From NCBI GenBank assembly GCA_040954595.2, contig CM082576.2, positions 13,395,129 to 13,459,128 of the forward strand: 64,000 bases of DNA, in the 5' to 3' direction. This DNA comes from Balanoglossus misakiensis (taxonomy: Eukaryota > Animalia > Hemichordata). Below are positions 24,001 to 37,573 of the stretch, piece after piece. A program made the position numbers and the translations under genes. The notes beneath the pieces are model-generated. The model searched no databases. It saw only the letters and a list, made by a program, of their open reading frames with translations, and was not told where the DNA came from. How positions within the stretch are numbered: position 1 is the stretch's first letter; each line of letters opens with the position of its first letter.

Positions 24001-27000
24001 CTGGATGATTTTCATGAGCTATAACCCATGTTTTTTATGAAAAAATGACCAAATTTTGAAAATTCGCGAAGTCGAAAAATTGACATTTCTGGACGATTTT
24101 CATGAGCTATAACCCATGGTTTTTATGAAAAAATGACCAAATTTTGAAATTTCGCGAAGTCGAAAAATTGACATTTCTGGATGATTTTCATGAGCCATAA
24201 CCCATGGTTTTTATGAAAAAATGACCAAATTTTGAAATTTCGCGAAGTCGAAAAATTGACATTTCTGGATGATTTTCATGAGCTATAACCCATGTTTTTT
24301 TTATGAAAAAATGACCAAATTTTGAAATTTCGCGAAGTCGAAAAATTGACATTTCTGGATGATTTTCATGAGCTATAACCCATGGTTTTTATGAAAAAAT
24401 GACCAAATTTTGAAAATTCGCGAAGTCGAAAAATTGACATTTCTGGATGATTTTCATGAGCTATAACCCATGGTTTTTATGAAAAAATGACCAAATTTTG
24501 AAAATTCGCGAAGTCGAAAAATTGACATTTCTGGATGATTTTCATGAGCTATAACCCATGGTTTTTATGAAAAAATGACCAAATTTTGAAAATTCGCGAA
24601 GTCGAAAAATTGACATTTGTGGATGATTTTCATGAGCTATAACCCATGGTTTTTATGAAAAAATGACAAAATTTTGAAAATTCGCGAAGTCGAAAAATTG
24701 ACATTTCTGGATGATTTTCATGAGCCATAACCCATGGTTTTTATGAAAAAATGACAAAATTTTGAAAATTCGCGAAGTCGAAAAATTGACATTTGTGGAT
24801 GATTTTCATGAGCTATAACCCATGGTTTTTATGAAAAAATGACAAAATTTTGAAATTTCGCGAAGTCGAAAAATTTACATTTCTGGATGATTTTCATGAG
24901 CTATAACCCATGGTTTTTATGAAAAAATGACCAAATTTTGAAAATTCGCGAAGTCGAAAAATTGACATTTCTGGATGATTTTCATGAGCTATAACCCATG
25001 TTTTTTATGAAAAAATGACCAAATTTTGAAAATTCGCGAAGTCGAAAAATTGACATTTCTGGACGATTTTCATGAGCTATAACCCATGGTTTTTATGAAA
25101 AAATGACCAAATTTTGAAAATTCGCGAAGTCGAAAAATTGACATTTGTGGACGATTTTCATGAGCTATAACCCATGGTTTTTATGAAAAAATGACCAAAT
25201 TTTGAAAATCCGCGAAGTCGAAATATTGACATTTCTGGATGATTTTCATGAGCTATAACCCATGGTTTTTATGAAAAAATGACCAAATTTTGAAAATTCG
25301 CGAAGTCGAAAAATTGACATTTCTGGATGATTTTCATGAGCTATAACCCATGGTTTTTATGAAAAAATGACCAAATTTTGAAATTTCGGGAAGTCGAAAA
25401 ATTGACATTTCTGGATGATTTTCATGAGCTATAACCCATGGTTTTTATGAAAAAATGACCAAATTTTGAAAATTCGCGAAGTCGAAAAATTGACATTTGT
25501 GGATGATTTTCATGAGCTATAACCCATGGTTTTTATGAAAAAATGACCAAATTTTGAAATTTCGCGAAGTCGAAAAATTGACATTTGTGGATGATTTTCA
25601 TGAGCTATAACCCATGGTTTTTATGAAAAAATGACCAAATTTTGAAAATTCGCGAAGTCGAAAAATTGACATTTCTGGATGATTTTCAAGAGCTATAACC
25701 CATGGTTTTTATGAAAAAATGACCAAATTTTGAAAATTCGCGAAGTCGAAAAATTGACATTTGTGGATGATTTTCATGAGCTATAACCCATGGTTTTTAT
25801 GAAAAAATGACCAAATTTTGAAAATTCGCGAAGTCGAAAAATTGACATTTCTGGATGATTTTCATGAGCTATAACCCATGGTTTTTATGAAAAAATGACC
25901 AAATTTTGAAAATTCGCGAAGTCGAAAAATTGACATTTGTGGATGATTTTCATGAGCTATAACCCATGGTTTTTATGAAAAAATGACCAAATTTTGAAAA
26001 TTCGCGAAGTCGAAAAATTGACATTTCTGGATGATTTTCATGAGCTATAACCCATGGTTTTTATGAAAAAATGACCAAATTTTGAAATTTCGCGAAGTCG
26101 AAAAATTGACATTTCTGGATGATTTTCATGAGCTATAACCCATGGTTTTTATGAAAAAATGACCAAATTTTGAAAATTCGCGAAGTCGAAAAATTGACAT
26201 TTCTGGATGATTTTCATGAGCTATAACCCATGGTTTTTATGAAAAAAATTACCAAATTTTGAAATTTCGCGAAGTCGAAAAATTGACATTTCTGGATGAT
26301 TTTCATGAGCTATAACCCATGGTTTTTATGAAAAAATGACCAAATTTTGAAATTTCGCGAAGTCGAAAAATTGACATTTCTGGATGATTTTCATGAGCTA
26401 TAACCCATGGTTTTTATGAAAAAATGACCAAATTTTGAAATTTCGCGAAGTCGAAAAATTGACATTTCTGGACGATTTTCATGAGCTATAACCCATGGTT
26501 TTTATGAAAAAATGACCAAACTTTGAAAATCCGCGAAGTCGAAATATTGACATTTCTGGATGATTTTCATGACCCATGGTTTTTATGAAAAAATGACCAA
26601 ATTTTGAAAATTCGCGAAGTCGAAAAATTGACATTTCTGGATGATTTTCATGAGCTATAATCCATGGTTTTTATGAAAAAATGACCAAATTTTGAAAATC
26701 CGCGAAGTCGAAATATTGACATTTCTGGATGATTTTCATGACCCATGGTTTTTATGAAAAAATGACCAAATTTTGAAAATTCGCGAAGTCGAAAAATTGA
26801 CATTTCTGGATGATTTTCATGAGCTATAATCCATGGTTTTTATGAAAAAATGACCAAATTTTGAAAATTCGCGAAGTCGAAAAATTGACATTTCTGGATG
26901 ATTTTCATGAGCTATAACCCATGGTTTTTTTTATGAAAAAATGACCAAATTTTGAAATTTCGCGAAGTCGAAAAATTGACATTTCTGGATGATTTTCATG

Positions 27001-30000
27001 AGCTATAACCCATGGTTTTTATGAAAAAATGACCAAATTTTGAAAATTCGCGAAGTCGAAAAATTGACATTTCTGGTTGATTTTCATGAGCTATAACCCA
27101 TGGTTTTTATGAAAAAATGACCAAATTTTGAAAATTCGCGAAGTCGAAAAATTGACATTTCTGGATGATTTTCATGAGCTATAACCCATGGTTTTTATGA
27201 AAAAATGACCAAATTTTGAAAATTCGCGAAGTCGAAAAATTGACATTTCTGGATGATTTTCATGAGCTATAACCCATGGTTTTTATGAAAAAAATGACCA
27301 AATTTTGAAAATTCGCGAAGTCGAAAAATTGACATTTCTGGATGATTTTCATGAGCTATAACCCATGGTTTTTATGAAAAAATGACCAAATTTTGAAAAT
27401 TCGCGAAGTCGAAAAATTGACATTTCTGGATGATTTTCATGAGCTATAACCCATGGTTTTTATGAAAAAATGACCAAATTTTGAAAATTCGCGAAGTCGA
27501 AAAATTGACATTTGTGGATGATTTTCATGAGCTATAACCCATGGTTTTTATGAAAAAATGACCAAATTTTGAAAATTCGCCATGTCGAAAAATTGACATT
27601 TCTGGATGATTTTCATGAGCCATAACCCATGGTTTTTATGAAAAAATGACCAAATTTTGAAAATTCGCGAAGTCGAAAAATTGACATTTCTGGATGATTT
27701 TCATGAGCTATAACCCATGGTTATTATGAAAAAATGACCAAATTTTGAAATTTCGCGAAGTCGAAAAATTGACATTTCTGGATGATTTTCATGAGCTATA
27801 ACCCATGGTTTTTATGAAAAAATGACCAAATTTTGAAAATTCGCGAAGTCGGAAAATTGACATTTCTGGAAGATTTTCATGAGCTATAACCCATGGTTTT
27901 TATGAAAAAATGACCAAATTTTGAAAATTCGCGAAGTCGAAAAATTTACATTTCTGGATGATTTTCATGAGCTATAACCCATGGTTTTTATGAAAAAATG
28001 ACCAAATTTTGAAAATTCGCGAAGTCGAAAAATTTACATTTCTGGATGATTTTCATGAGCTATAACCCATGGTTTTTATGAAAAAATGACCAAATTTTGA
28101 AAATTCGCGAAGTCGAAAAATTGACATTTCTGGATGATTTTCATGAGCCATAACCCATGGTTTTTATGAAAAAATGACAAAATTTTGAAAATTCGCGAAG
28201 TCGAAAAATTGACATTTCTGGATGATTTTCATGAGCCATAACCCATGGTTTTTATGAAAAAATGACAAAATTTTGAAAATTCGCGAAGTCGAAAAATTGA
28301 CATTTGTGGATGATTTTCATGAGCTATAACCCATGGTTTTTATGAAAAAATGACAAAATTTTGAAATTTCGCGAAGTCGAAAAATTTACATTTCTGGATG
28401 ATTTTCATGAGCTATAACCCATGGTTTTTATGAAAAAATGACCAAATTTTGAAAATTCGCGAAGTCGAAAAATTGACATTTCTGGATGATTTTCATGAGC
28501 TATAACCCATGTTTTTTATGAAAAAATGACCAAATTTTGAAAATTCGCGAAGTCGAAAAATTGACATTTCTGGACGATTTTCATGAGCTATAACCCATGG
28601 TTTTTATGAAAAAATGACCAAATTTTGAAAATTCGCGAAGTCGAAAAATTGACATTTGTGGACGATTTTCATGAGCTATAACCCATGGTTTTTATGAAAA
28701 AATGACCAAATTTTGAAAATCCGCGAAGTCGAAATATTGACATTTCTGGATGATTTTCATGAGCTATAACCCATGGTTTTTATGAAAAAATGACCAAATT
28801 TTGAAAATTCGCGAAGTCGAAAAATTGACATTTCTGGATGATTTTCATGAGCTATAACCCATGGTTTTTATGAAAAAATGACCAAATTTTGAAATTTCGG
28901 GAAGTCGAAAAATTGACATTTCTGGATGATTTTCATGAGCTATAACCCATGGTTTTTATGAAAAAATGACCAAATTTTGAAAATTCGCGAAGTCGAAAAA
29001 TTGACATTTGTGGATGATTTTCATGAGCTATAACCCATGGTTTTTATGAAAAAATGACCAAATTTTGAAATTTCGCGAAGTCGAAAAATTGACATTTGTG
29101 GATGATTTTCATGAGCTATAACCCATGGTTTTTATGAAAAAATGACCAAATTTTGAAAATTCGCGAAGTCGAAAAATTGACATTTCTGGATGATTTTCAT
29201 GAGCTATAACCCATGGTTTTTATGAAAAAATGACCAAATTTTGAAAATTCGCGAAGTCGAAAAATTGACATTTGTGGATGATTTTCATGAGCTATAACCC
29301 ATGGTTTTTATGAAAAAATGACCAAATTTTGAAAATTCGCGAAGTCGAAAAATTGACATTTCTGGATGATTTTCATGAGCTATAACCCATGGTTTTTATG
29401 AAAAAAATGACCAAATTTTGAAAATTCGCGAAGTCGAAAAATTGACATTTCTGGATGATTTTCATGAGCTATAACCCATGGTTTTTATGAAAAAATGACC
29501 AAATTTTGAAAATTCGCGAAGTCGAAAAATTGACATTTGTGGATGATTTTCATGAGCTATAACCCATGGTTTTTATGAAAAAATGACCAAATTTTGAAAA
29601 TTCGCCATGTCGAAAAATTGACATTTCTGGATGATTTTCATGAGCCATAACCCATGGTTTTTATGAAAAAATGACCAAATTTTGAAAATTCGCGAAGTCG
29701 AAAAATTGACATTTCTGGATGATTTTCATGAGCTATAACCCATGGTTTTTATGAAAAAATGACCAAATTTTGAAAATTCGCGAAGTCGAAAAATTGACAT
29801 TTCTGGATGATTTTCATGAGCTATAACCCATGTTTTTTATGAAAAAATGACCAAATTTTGAAAATTCGCGAAGTCGAAAAATTGACATTTCTGGACGATT
29901 TTCATGAGCTATAACCCATGGTTTTTATGAAAAAATGACCAAATTTTGAAAATTCGCGAAGTCGAAAAATTGACATTTGTGGACGATTTTCATGAGCTAT

Positions 30001-32185
30001 AACCCATGGTTTTTATGAAAAAATGACCAAATTTTGAAAATCCGCGAAGTCGAAATATTGACATTTCTGGATGATTTTCATGAGCTATAACCCATGGTTT
30101 TTATGAAAAAATGACCAAATTTTGAAAATTCGCGAAGTCGAAAAATTGACATTTCTGGATGATTTTCATGAGCTATAACCCATGGTTTTTATGAAAAAAT
30201 GACCAAATTTTGAAATTTCGGGAAGTCGAAAAATTGACATTTCTGGATGATTTTCATGAGCTATAACCCATGGTTTTTATGAAAAAATGACCAAATTTTG
30301 AAAATTCGCGAAGTCGAAAAATTGACATTTGTGGATGATTTTCATGAGCTATAACCCATGGTTTTTATGAAAAAATGACCAAATTTTGAAATTTCGCGAA
30401 GTCGAAAAATTGACATTTGTGGATGATTTTCATGAGCTATAACCCATGGTTTTTATGAAAAAATGACCAAATTTTGAAAATTCGCGAAGTCGAAAAATTG
30501 ACATTTCTGGATGATTTTCATGAGCTATAACCCATGGTTTTTATGAAAAAATGACCAAATTTTGAAAATTCGCGAAGTCGAAAAATTGACATTTGTGGAT
30601 GATTTTCATGAGCTATAACCCATGGTTTTTATGAAAAAATGACCAAATTTTGAAAATTCGCGAAGTCGAAAAATTGACATTTCTGGATGATTTTCATGAG
30701 CTATAACCCATGGTTTTTATGAAAAAATGACCAAATTTTGAAATTTCGCGAAGTCGAAAAATTGACATTTCTGGATGATTTTCATGAGCTATAACCCATG
30801 GTTTTTATGAAAAAATGACCAAATTTTGAAAATTCGCGAAGTCGAAAAATTGACATTTCTGGATGATTTTCATGAGCTATAACCCATGGTTTTTATGAAA
30901 AAAATTACCAAATTTTGAAATTTCGCGAAGTCGAAAAATTGACATTTCTGGATGATTTTCATGAGCTATAACCCATGGTTTTTATGAAAAAATGACCAAA
31001 TTTTGAAATTTCGCGAAGTCGAAAAATTGACATTTCTGGATGATTTTCATGAGCTATAACCCATGGTTTTTATGAAAAAATGACCAAATTTTGAAATTTC
31101 GCGAAGTCGAAAAATTGACATTTCTGGACGATTTTCATGAGCTATAACCCATGGTTTTTATGAAAAAATGACCAAATTTTGAAAATCCGCGAAGTCGAAA
31201 TATTGACATTTCTGGATGATTTTCATGACCCATGGTTTTTATGAAAAAATGACCAAATTTTGAAAATTCGCGAAGTCGAAAAATTGACATTTCTGGATGA
31301 TTTTCATGAGCTATAACCCATGGTTTTTATGAAAAAATGACCAAATTTTGAAAATCCGCGAAGTCGAAATATTGACATTTCTGGATGATTTTCATGACCC
31401 ATGGTTTTTATGAAAAAATGACCAAATTTTGAAAATTCGCGAAGTCGAAAAATTGACATTTCTGGATGATTTTCATGAGCTATAATCCATGGTTTTTATG
31501 AAAAAATGACCAAATTTTGAAAATCCGCGAAGTCGAAATATTGACATTTCTGGATGATTTTCATGACCCATGGTTTTTATGAAAAAATGACCAAATTTTG
31601 AAAATTCGCGAAGTCGAAAAATTGACATTTCTGGATGATTTTCATGAGCTATAATCCATGGTTTTTATGAAAAAATGACCAAATTTTGAAATTTCGCGAA
31701 GTCGAAAAATTGACATTTCTGGATGATTTTCATGAGCTATAACCCATGGTTATTATGAAAAAATGACCAAATTTTGAAATTTCGCGAAGTCGAAAAATTG
31801 ACATTTCTGGATGATTTTCATGAGCTATAACCCATGGTTTTTATGAAAAAATGACCAAATTTTGAAAATTCGCGAAGTCGGAAAATTGACATTTCTGGAA
31901 GATTTTCATGAGCTATAACCCATGGTTTTTATGAAAAAATGACCAAATTTTGAAAATTCGCGAAGTCGAAAAATTGACATTTCTGGATGATTTTCATGAG
32001 CTATAACCCATGGTTTTTATGAAAAAATGACCAAATTTTGAAAATTCGCGAAGTCGAAAAATTTACATTTCTGGATGATTTTCATGAGCTATAACCCATG
32101 GTTTTTATGAAAAAATGACCAAATTTTGAAAATTCGCGAAGTCGAAAAATTGACATTTCTGGATGATTTTCATGAGCTATAACCC
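21031..32185. repeat. Tandem satellite array, 88-bp monomer, ~127 copies
   Basis: Consensus CCATGGTTTTTATGAAAAAATGACCAAATTTTGAAAATTCGCGAAGTCGAAAAATTGACATTTCTGGATGATTTTCATGAGCTATAAC. The period was checked from successive CCATGG starts 21031, 21119, 21207. Monomers typically differ from consensus at 0-3 positions; a few 81-bp units lack GCTATAA. Confidence 0.99.
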
Positions 32186-32801
32186 GGGTCGAAAAAATGG
32201 GGTCGCGACAAAAATCAGGGCAGTACAATGTAATGGGAACATCAATTATAATATTTGTGCAAGAGAAAATGACTAGGAGACCACGAACATCATCGACTAC
32301 TAACATCCCCCCTCGGCTTTTTTTCTTACTGAGCATGCGCCATTCTATATAGCGGGTAATTTGTCGTGGTAAAAATATTCCCCTTTTATTAGCGAAGTCG
32401 TTCATTAGTACTGGTGTAAAATAGACAAACGGACAGCAATCTATTCATGGTGAATACGTTATTCACAAACTGACTCTTTTTATGCCGACGGTAATATTTC
32501 CGATGAAACTAATGACGTTTATCTATCGGCTAATCATTGCACACCAATGCTCACAGGTAAGATTACGGTTCAGGGGAGAATGTAAAGGTATCGATATTCA
32601 TCAGTGTTTGCATAGCATAGCAACGTCGTGGTCGATGAGTATTTGAGAGTTCGCCATCTTATTAATTCGATATGACGATAACGAAAACGCCCCAAAAAGC
32701 ACAACTATCAACAAAAACGGATAGACAGATAGATAAATAAATAAATAGATAATACACACACATGTGAACGCTGTGGTCAGATTTGCCACGTAGAAAAGGA
32801 T

Positions 32802-32905
32802 CATACATACATACATACATACATACATACATACATACATACATACATACATACATACATACATACATACATACATACATACATACATACATACATACAT
32901 ACATA
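32802..32905. repeat. (CATA)n microsatellite, ~26 copies
   Basis: Directly visible. Confidence 0.97.
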
Positions 32906-35900
32906 AAATGTGTTTTTTTTTATTCTCACTTAAATTATTTTCTAAATAGGAGGTCTATATATGTACAATGCACGCATATACAGTAACCACCAAGAAGAAC
33001 TACAGACTCCTCTCCTACGATCAAGGGAAAATGTTTCCATGTCATGTCAGTCACTCATCATGTCAATTATCGTCGTTAAATCACAGCGGTAGTAAATGAT
33101 GTTGTAGTTGTTAATGATTACTGCGGATAGACTTTCTTGTTGGCAATTACAGGTCGAGTATTCAACACCAGCCCAAAACTACCAACACGATTTTAATGAG
33201 CCCCGAATGGAGTAAATAGGAATGAAAAGGTTAGCATAACCAGAGACAGCGCAAAATGGACTGGCTTTCCGGCAACAGGAAACGCGGTACCGCGTGAAAG
33301 ATTCCGAGCGTAAACGCTGACTCGTCTTTCGTTTTTTTTATTTCAAAAAAAAAAAAAAAAAACAGTCTTCGAGTACACTTCATTAAGCCGTGACAAAAAG
33401 ACGCGCCGTGAAACCGTAAGGGTACCAGCGGCAGACAAGCACCGACCGCTCATTTCCATCATAATGCTCCGCAACACGGTTTGTTGCCCATCAAAAGGCG
33501 CGCTAAAAAGATGAATTTTCATGCCCGTCATCCGGACTCGCCCAAGCTTCGGTTTTTTGCCTCTGTCTGTTTGACAACAGCGCGCATCCTTTTCCCCCGT
33601 CGGCGGTGGATCCCCCTCCGCCGACGTGGATGCTTGTTATGCATTATGCTCGCAACCCTCAGTGCAGGTTTGTATCCAGGACAACAATAGCCGAACCGCT
33701 CAACGGCGCCTCAATTAAATATTTTACTTTCAGTGGAAGCAAGCCGCCAAAAAAGGGACTAAAAAAAAAATCTATTAATGGCAGAGTTGAAATTGACGCT
33801 ATTTAGCCGCGCTTCTATTTACCAAATTTAAAGCAGCGACGCACTTTTCCATTAAACGCTAACATGCTTTACAATGGTGCATAATTTGAAACCGTAAACA
33901 CTGACAGCAGATCGGATCAGTATTTACGCGTGTTGAATATTCACGGCTACTGTTAGAGGCCCTTGTAAATCAAGAACATATCATTTTGCGCGCACGACAC
34001 CCTGAAAACCGAAACAGATGAGATTTCAAGCGCATACTCTCAAATTTGACCTTTCAATCTCAGCTCTGCTGACGATGCCCGCGTTTTAATTATCCCGCTA
34101 GTCGCGGCTTGCATCGCGGACTCATCAAATTGTCAGCACGACGATTTCAAAGATCTGGTCATAAATGCTTGAAGTACAATCGTGCCCACGAGGCAACAGA
34201 CAAAACCATTAGGCCACTATAATTATAAAACTTCCAAATAAAAACACTCAAACCGAACCGATCTCGAATAAAATAGTAAATTTCCGCGGCCAATAATATA
34301 CCAGCGATATTTTTAAATGCGAGACACCCCTGAATGTCGTGAACACTTTGCAATTTCTCACAATTCCCCTCTTTAATATTGAGCATATGCAGTTTTGAAA
34401 AGTAGTTTTATAATAACAAATTAAGGAAGATCAGTAGGACACTCTGCAGGCGTGACGCTTGATCCAGCAGTTAAAACAATTGGAATCATGGCTGATGTTT
34501 AAACGTGGCCCAAAATCTCGTTAATTTTGGCATATCTGCTCTATTCGGTAATCTTGCTCACTTAGAATTTTCACTCTCAAACATGATGAAGTTCAAAAAA
34601 TGGGTCAATATGATACATTGGCGGCCTCTTCCATTACTAAGTGGTGTTATAAATCGAACCGCAATAGATTGGTCTAATAGAACCGGATTTTTCCATTTTA
34701 TTTTAATATTATACGTTCTCAGAGACAAGCAATCAGAAACTGGGCGGGAAAGTGAAATGTGAGCATCTTGTCGTAGTGATTGGTAAAATCAATATTGATC
34801 TGGTGAGCAAAGATTTTCTTCCCGTGTCATTACTATCCATTTTCCTCCCAAAATAAGTTCGAAATGTGTTAGTTTCAAACTTTAGGTAGAAACTTCAACT
34901 GTGGTATCGCTCATGTAAACAGTTGTCGGGTTTCTCGGTCAAGTGCGATAACCCTCACGTAACGATTTACTTCAACACTACAAGATCCGTCGTTTCGTTC
35001 GGTGGAAAGAACAAGATGACGTAAAATCACGTGATCTATATACAATCGCCCCCCCCCCCCTCTCTCTCTTCACGCACCCTCTGTCTGTCTGTCGCTAGAT
35101 AATTAACAAAACAGAGGAACGTTCGGGAGATGAATGTGAAATAATTTACGAACAAAACCACCTTAACTCACAAAAACAAGATAAAGGCGAACACATCGGC
35201 CCATAAAGTGGAATTCTGAAAATCCGCTTATAATACGGGTGAAGTCAAGGCACAGATGGGTACAGCGGAGTTAAATTGTGTAATTATGAGTACAAAAGAT
35301 GGAGTGAAAACCCGAAGGTACAAATGCATGGTTACTTTTTTGTGAATTCCCACGATGAAGACATGTTTTTACATAGTGCCATGAAATTGAAAACAACATT
35401 ATGAAAACGTCAAGTGAATTAAAAATGCCTGAAGTTGTTAATTTTACCTCTTTGCCTTGCTATCTTAAACGGCAGAATATCGCAACAGGGGCAGATAATC
35501 CAATGAAGTTTGCTTCTCTGGGATGCATTGTTAGAAAACTGTGAGAGTTGGGCTGAAATTCGGTGACCGCGGTTAAATGGTCTAACTTTCAGAGATATCT
35601 CTCCTTCTGGAACACATTACATGTTCTGGAAATGGAAATTTTACGAACGCGAATTTATCGAATATGGAAATGGCACCTGTTCTCACAGAGGCCGAATAAA
35701 CATTGAAAATCAGCTGAGGGTATACTGAGACAACACATAGTTCGTCCTGTAGGAGTATCGTCTTCGGTCAAGTCTTCCCACAATATGGTGGAATGTGTTG
35801 TTTAAATTTGGCTAGCTTCAAAATCTTGAAAATATTACGTTTTTCTACGTGAACATGACCAATATCTTCAACGAGCGAAAAAAAATGTATGCAGTGGGAA

Positions 35901-36098
35901 ACGGACGACTGGGAAGTTCGCGCAATTGGTCAGGTGACAGTTCTCCATGGTGATAAATGATAAAATGATTACGCCAGAAAGGTGATAATATGGATGGCCA
36001 ATTAGTTTGAGTAGGATCTAATTATGACGACCCTGCAGTCATTAATGGACACACTAAAGTATCATTCGATGTAATTGAACATAAATGGAACACATCTC

Positions 36099-36104
36099 TT
36101 TATT
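36099..36104 (-). terminator. Candidate Six4/5 polyadenylation signal (implies a ~1.5 kb 3' UTR)
   Basis: AATAAA on the minus strand followed by GT/T-rich sequence (gagatgtgttccatttatgtt). Confidence 0.45.
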
Positions 36105-37573
36105 ACATGTATCTTTTTTGTCTATTTACAGAACACCATTTAAAACAAGTTCTTTTTCCAAAATGAGGAAAAATAAACACATCTCCCAGGACCTGTTGTA
36201 AGTGTTGTAAATTTATCACTGCCAATGTATTTACATAAACAGAAAACGGCTGGCAGTCTTTTCGAGTAAAACAACAACAATAACGCCAAAGTTACCCGAA
36301 AAATGCCTTCTACATGTAGTTGCCATGGATCATATTATTATATCAAGCGAAACAGCAACTTACATGTAAACAAATTTACATCACGGACACAAAGGATGCG
36401 AGAATGTCAGGTTGAATTTTCCACAACTGCTGTAGTCAGCTGTTCTTTGAAGACACAACGACGAGAAGGCACTGGTTTCAGCTAGCATGCCTTGAACTGG
36501 CTAATCTGTGCGTTTGGTGATGTTCTCAGAAACTGCATTTTTAACAATGACAATGGTGTCTTTCACACTGCATTCCAAAATTGAAAACATAATATATGCA
36601 CGGCATATATTGCATCAATTATATTCTGTCTCATGCTGATTAATTTCCAACACAAATCCGGTTACCATGGTAACTATCACTGCACGTGCCTATAATTCTC
36701 TGAGATGATGGCTAAATTATAGTTTTGGTAGTTTTGTCATAATATATACAAATTTGAATGAAAACATCTCCGAATTCTCCGAAGGGATTTGCCTCAGGCT
36801 ATGTTTCAATCTTAAATATTTTGTACCGAAAGGAAATATTTCTAAAACAGTGCTGCTACTTTCGTCAATATCTCAACATCTATAAATAGGAAAAAACTTT
36901 TCAAAGCAATCGATAGAGTGTTTTAAACAAAACAAAGCAAAAATGACAAAAATGTCATTAAGTATTTCTGAGAAAGTTTTCGAATCCTTTGTGAAATGTA
37001 AAGGGGAAACACATTGGCAAGCGACAATTTTCCCGCTCTTTCAGACCGAGTGTTCGAAGTTGAAATTGAAAACAAAAATTGTAGCTGGCAAAGTATCATA
37101 ATTAACGGAGAATCATGAACGTGAAGTAGTTTTCTCGTTTACATTCCGACTTCTTGATACGTCATCCATCAACTCTCGTCCCCCACAAGTTCCTCGAATA
37201 TCGACTCCAATCGACATTGTGAAATCATTGACATAAAACAATTTTTTGGTGGTTTGTAAACACATAGCCTATAGACTGGTAAATTACATTACGGACCGAG
37301 TCAAAACAGACGCGTTTACTCACAAAACTGAATTTGTATTTATAAACATTTTAAATTTTAGATATCTTTTAATGTTTTATCATAAACATTTTACAGAAAA
37401 ATATCTTTTAATAACAGGAAATACACGTATACTCGTGTGATCAGTGGTAATTCTCGGACTTCCACGATTGTTTCCGATGAAAGGAACATTTCTCTTAAAC
37501 CGGTGTGTAATATTTTGAACTTACTGAGTCACAGAATGTTATAACGGATCAATTTGACGTTGTTGTGTAAATG

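Noticed and set aside
21031-32185. CRISPR array or coding tandem repeat
   Set aside because: No unique spacers, eukaryotic context and no cas genes. 88 is not a multiple of 3 and the ORF track shows no long ORF; 32082..32405 merely runs into the array.
20640-32300. Helitron carrying the array
   Set aside because: No convincing 3' hairpin plus CTRR|T terminus on either side (CTAG at 32273 is followed by G and has no hairpin); cannot be supported from this window.
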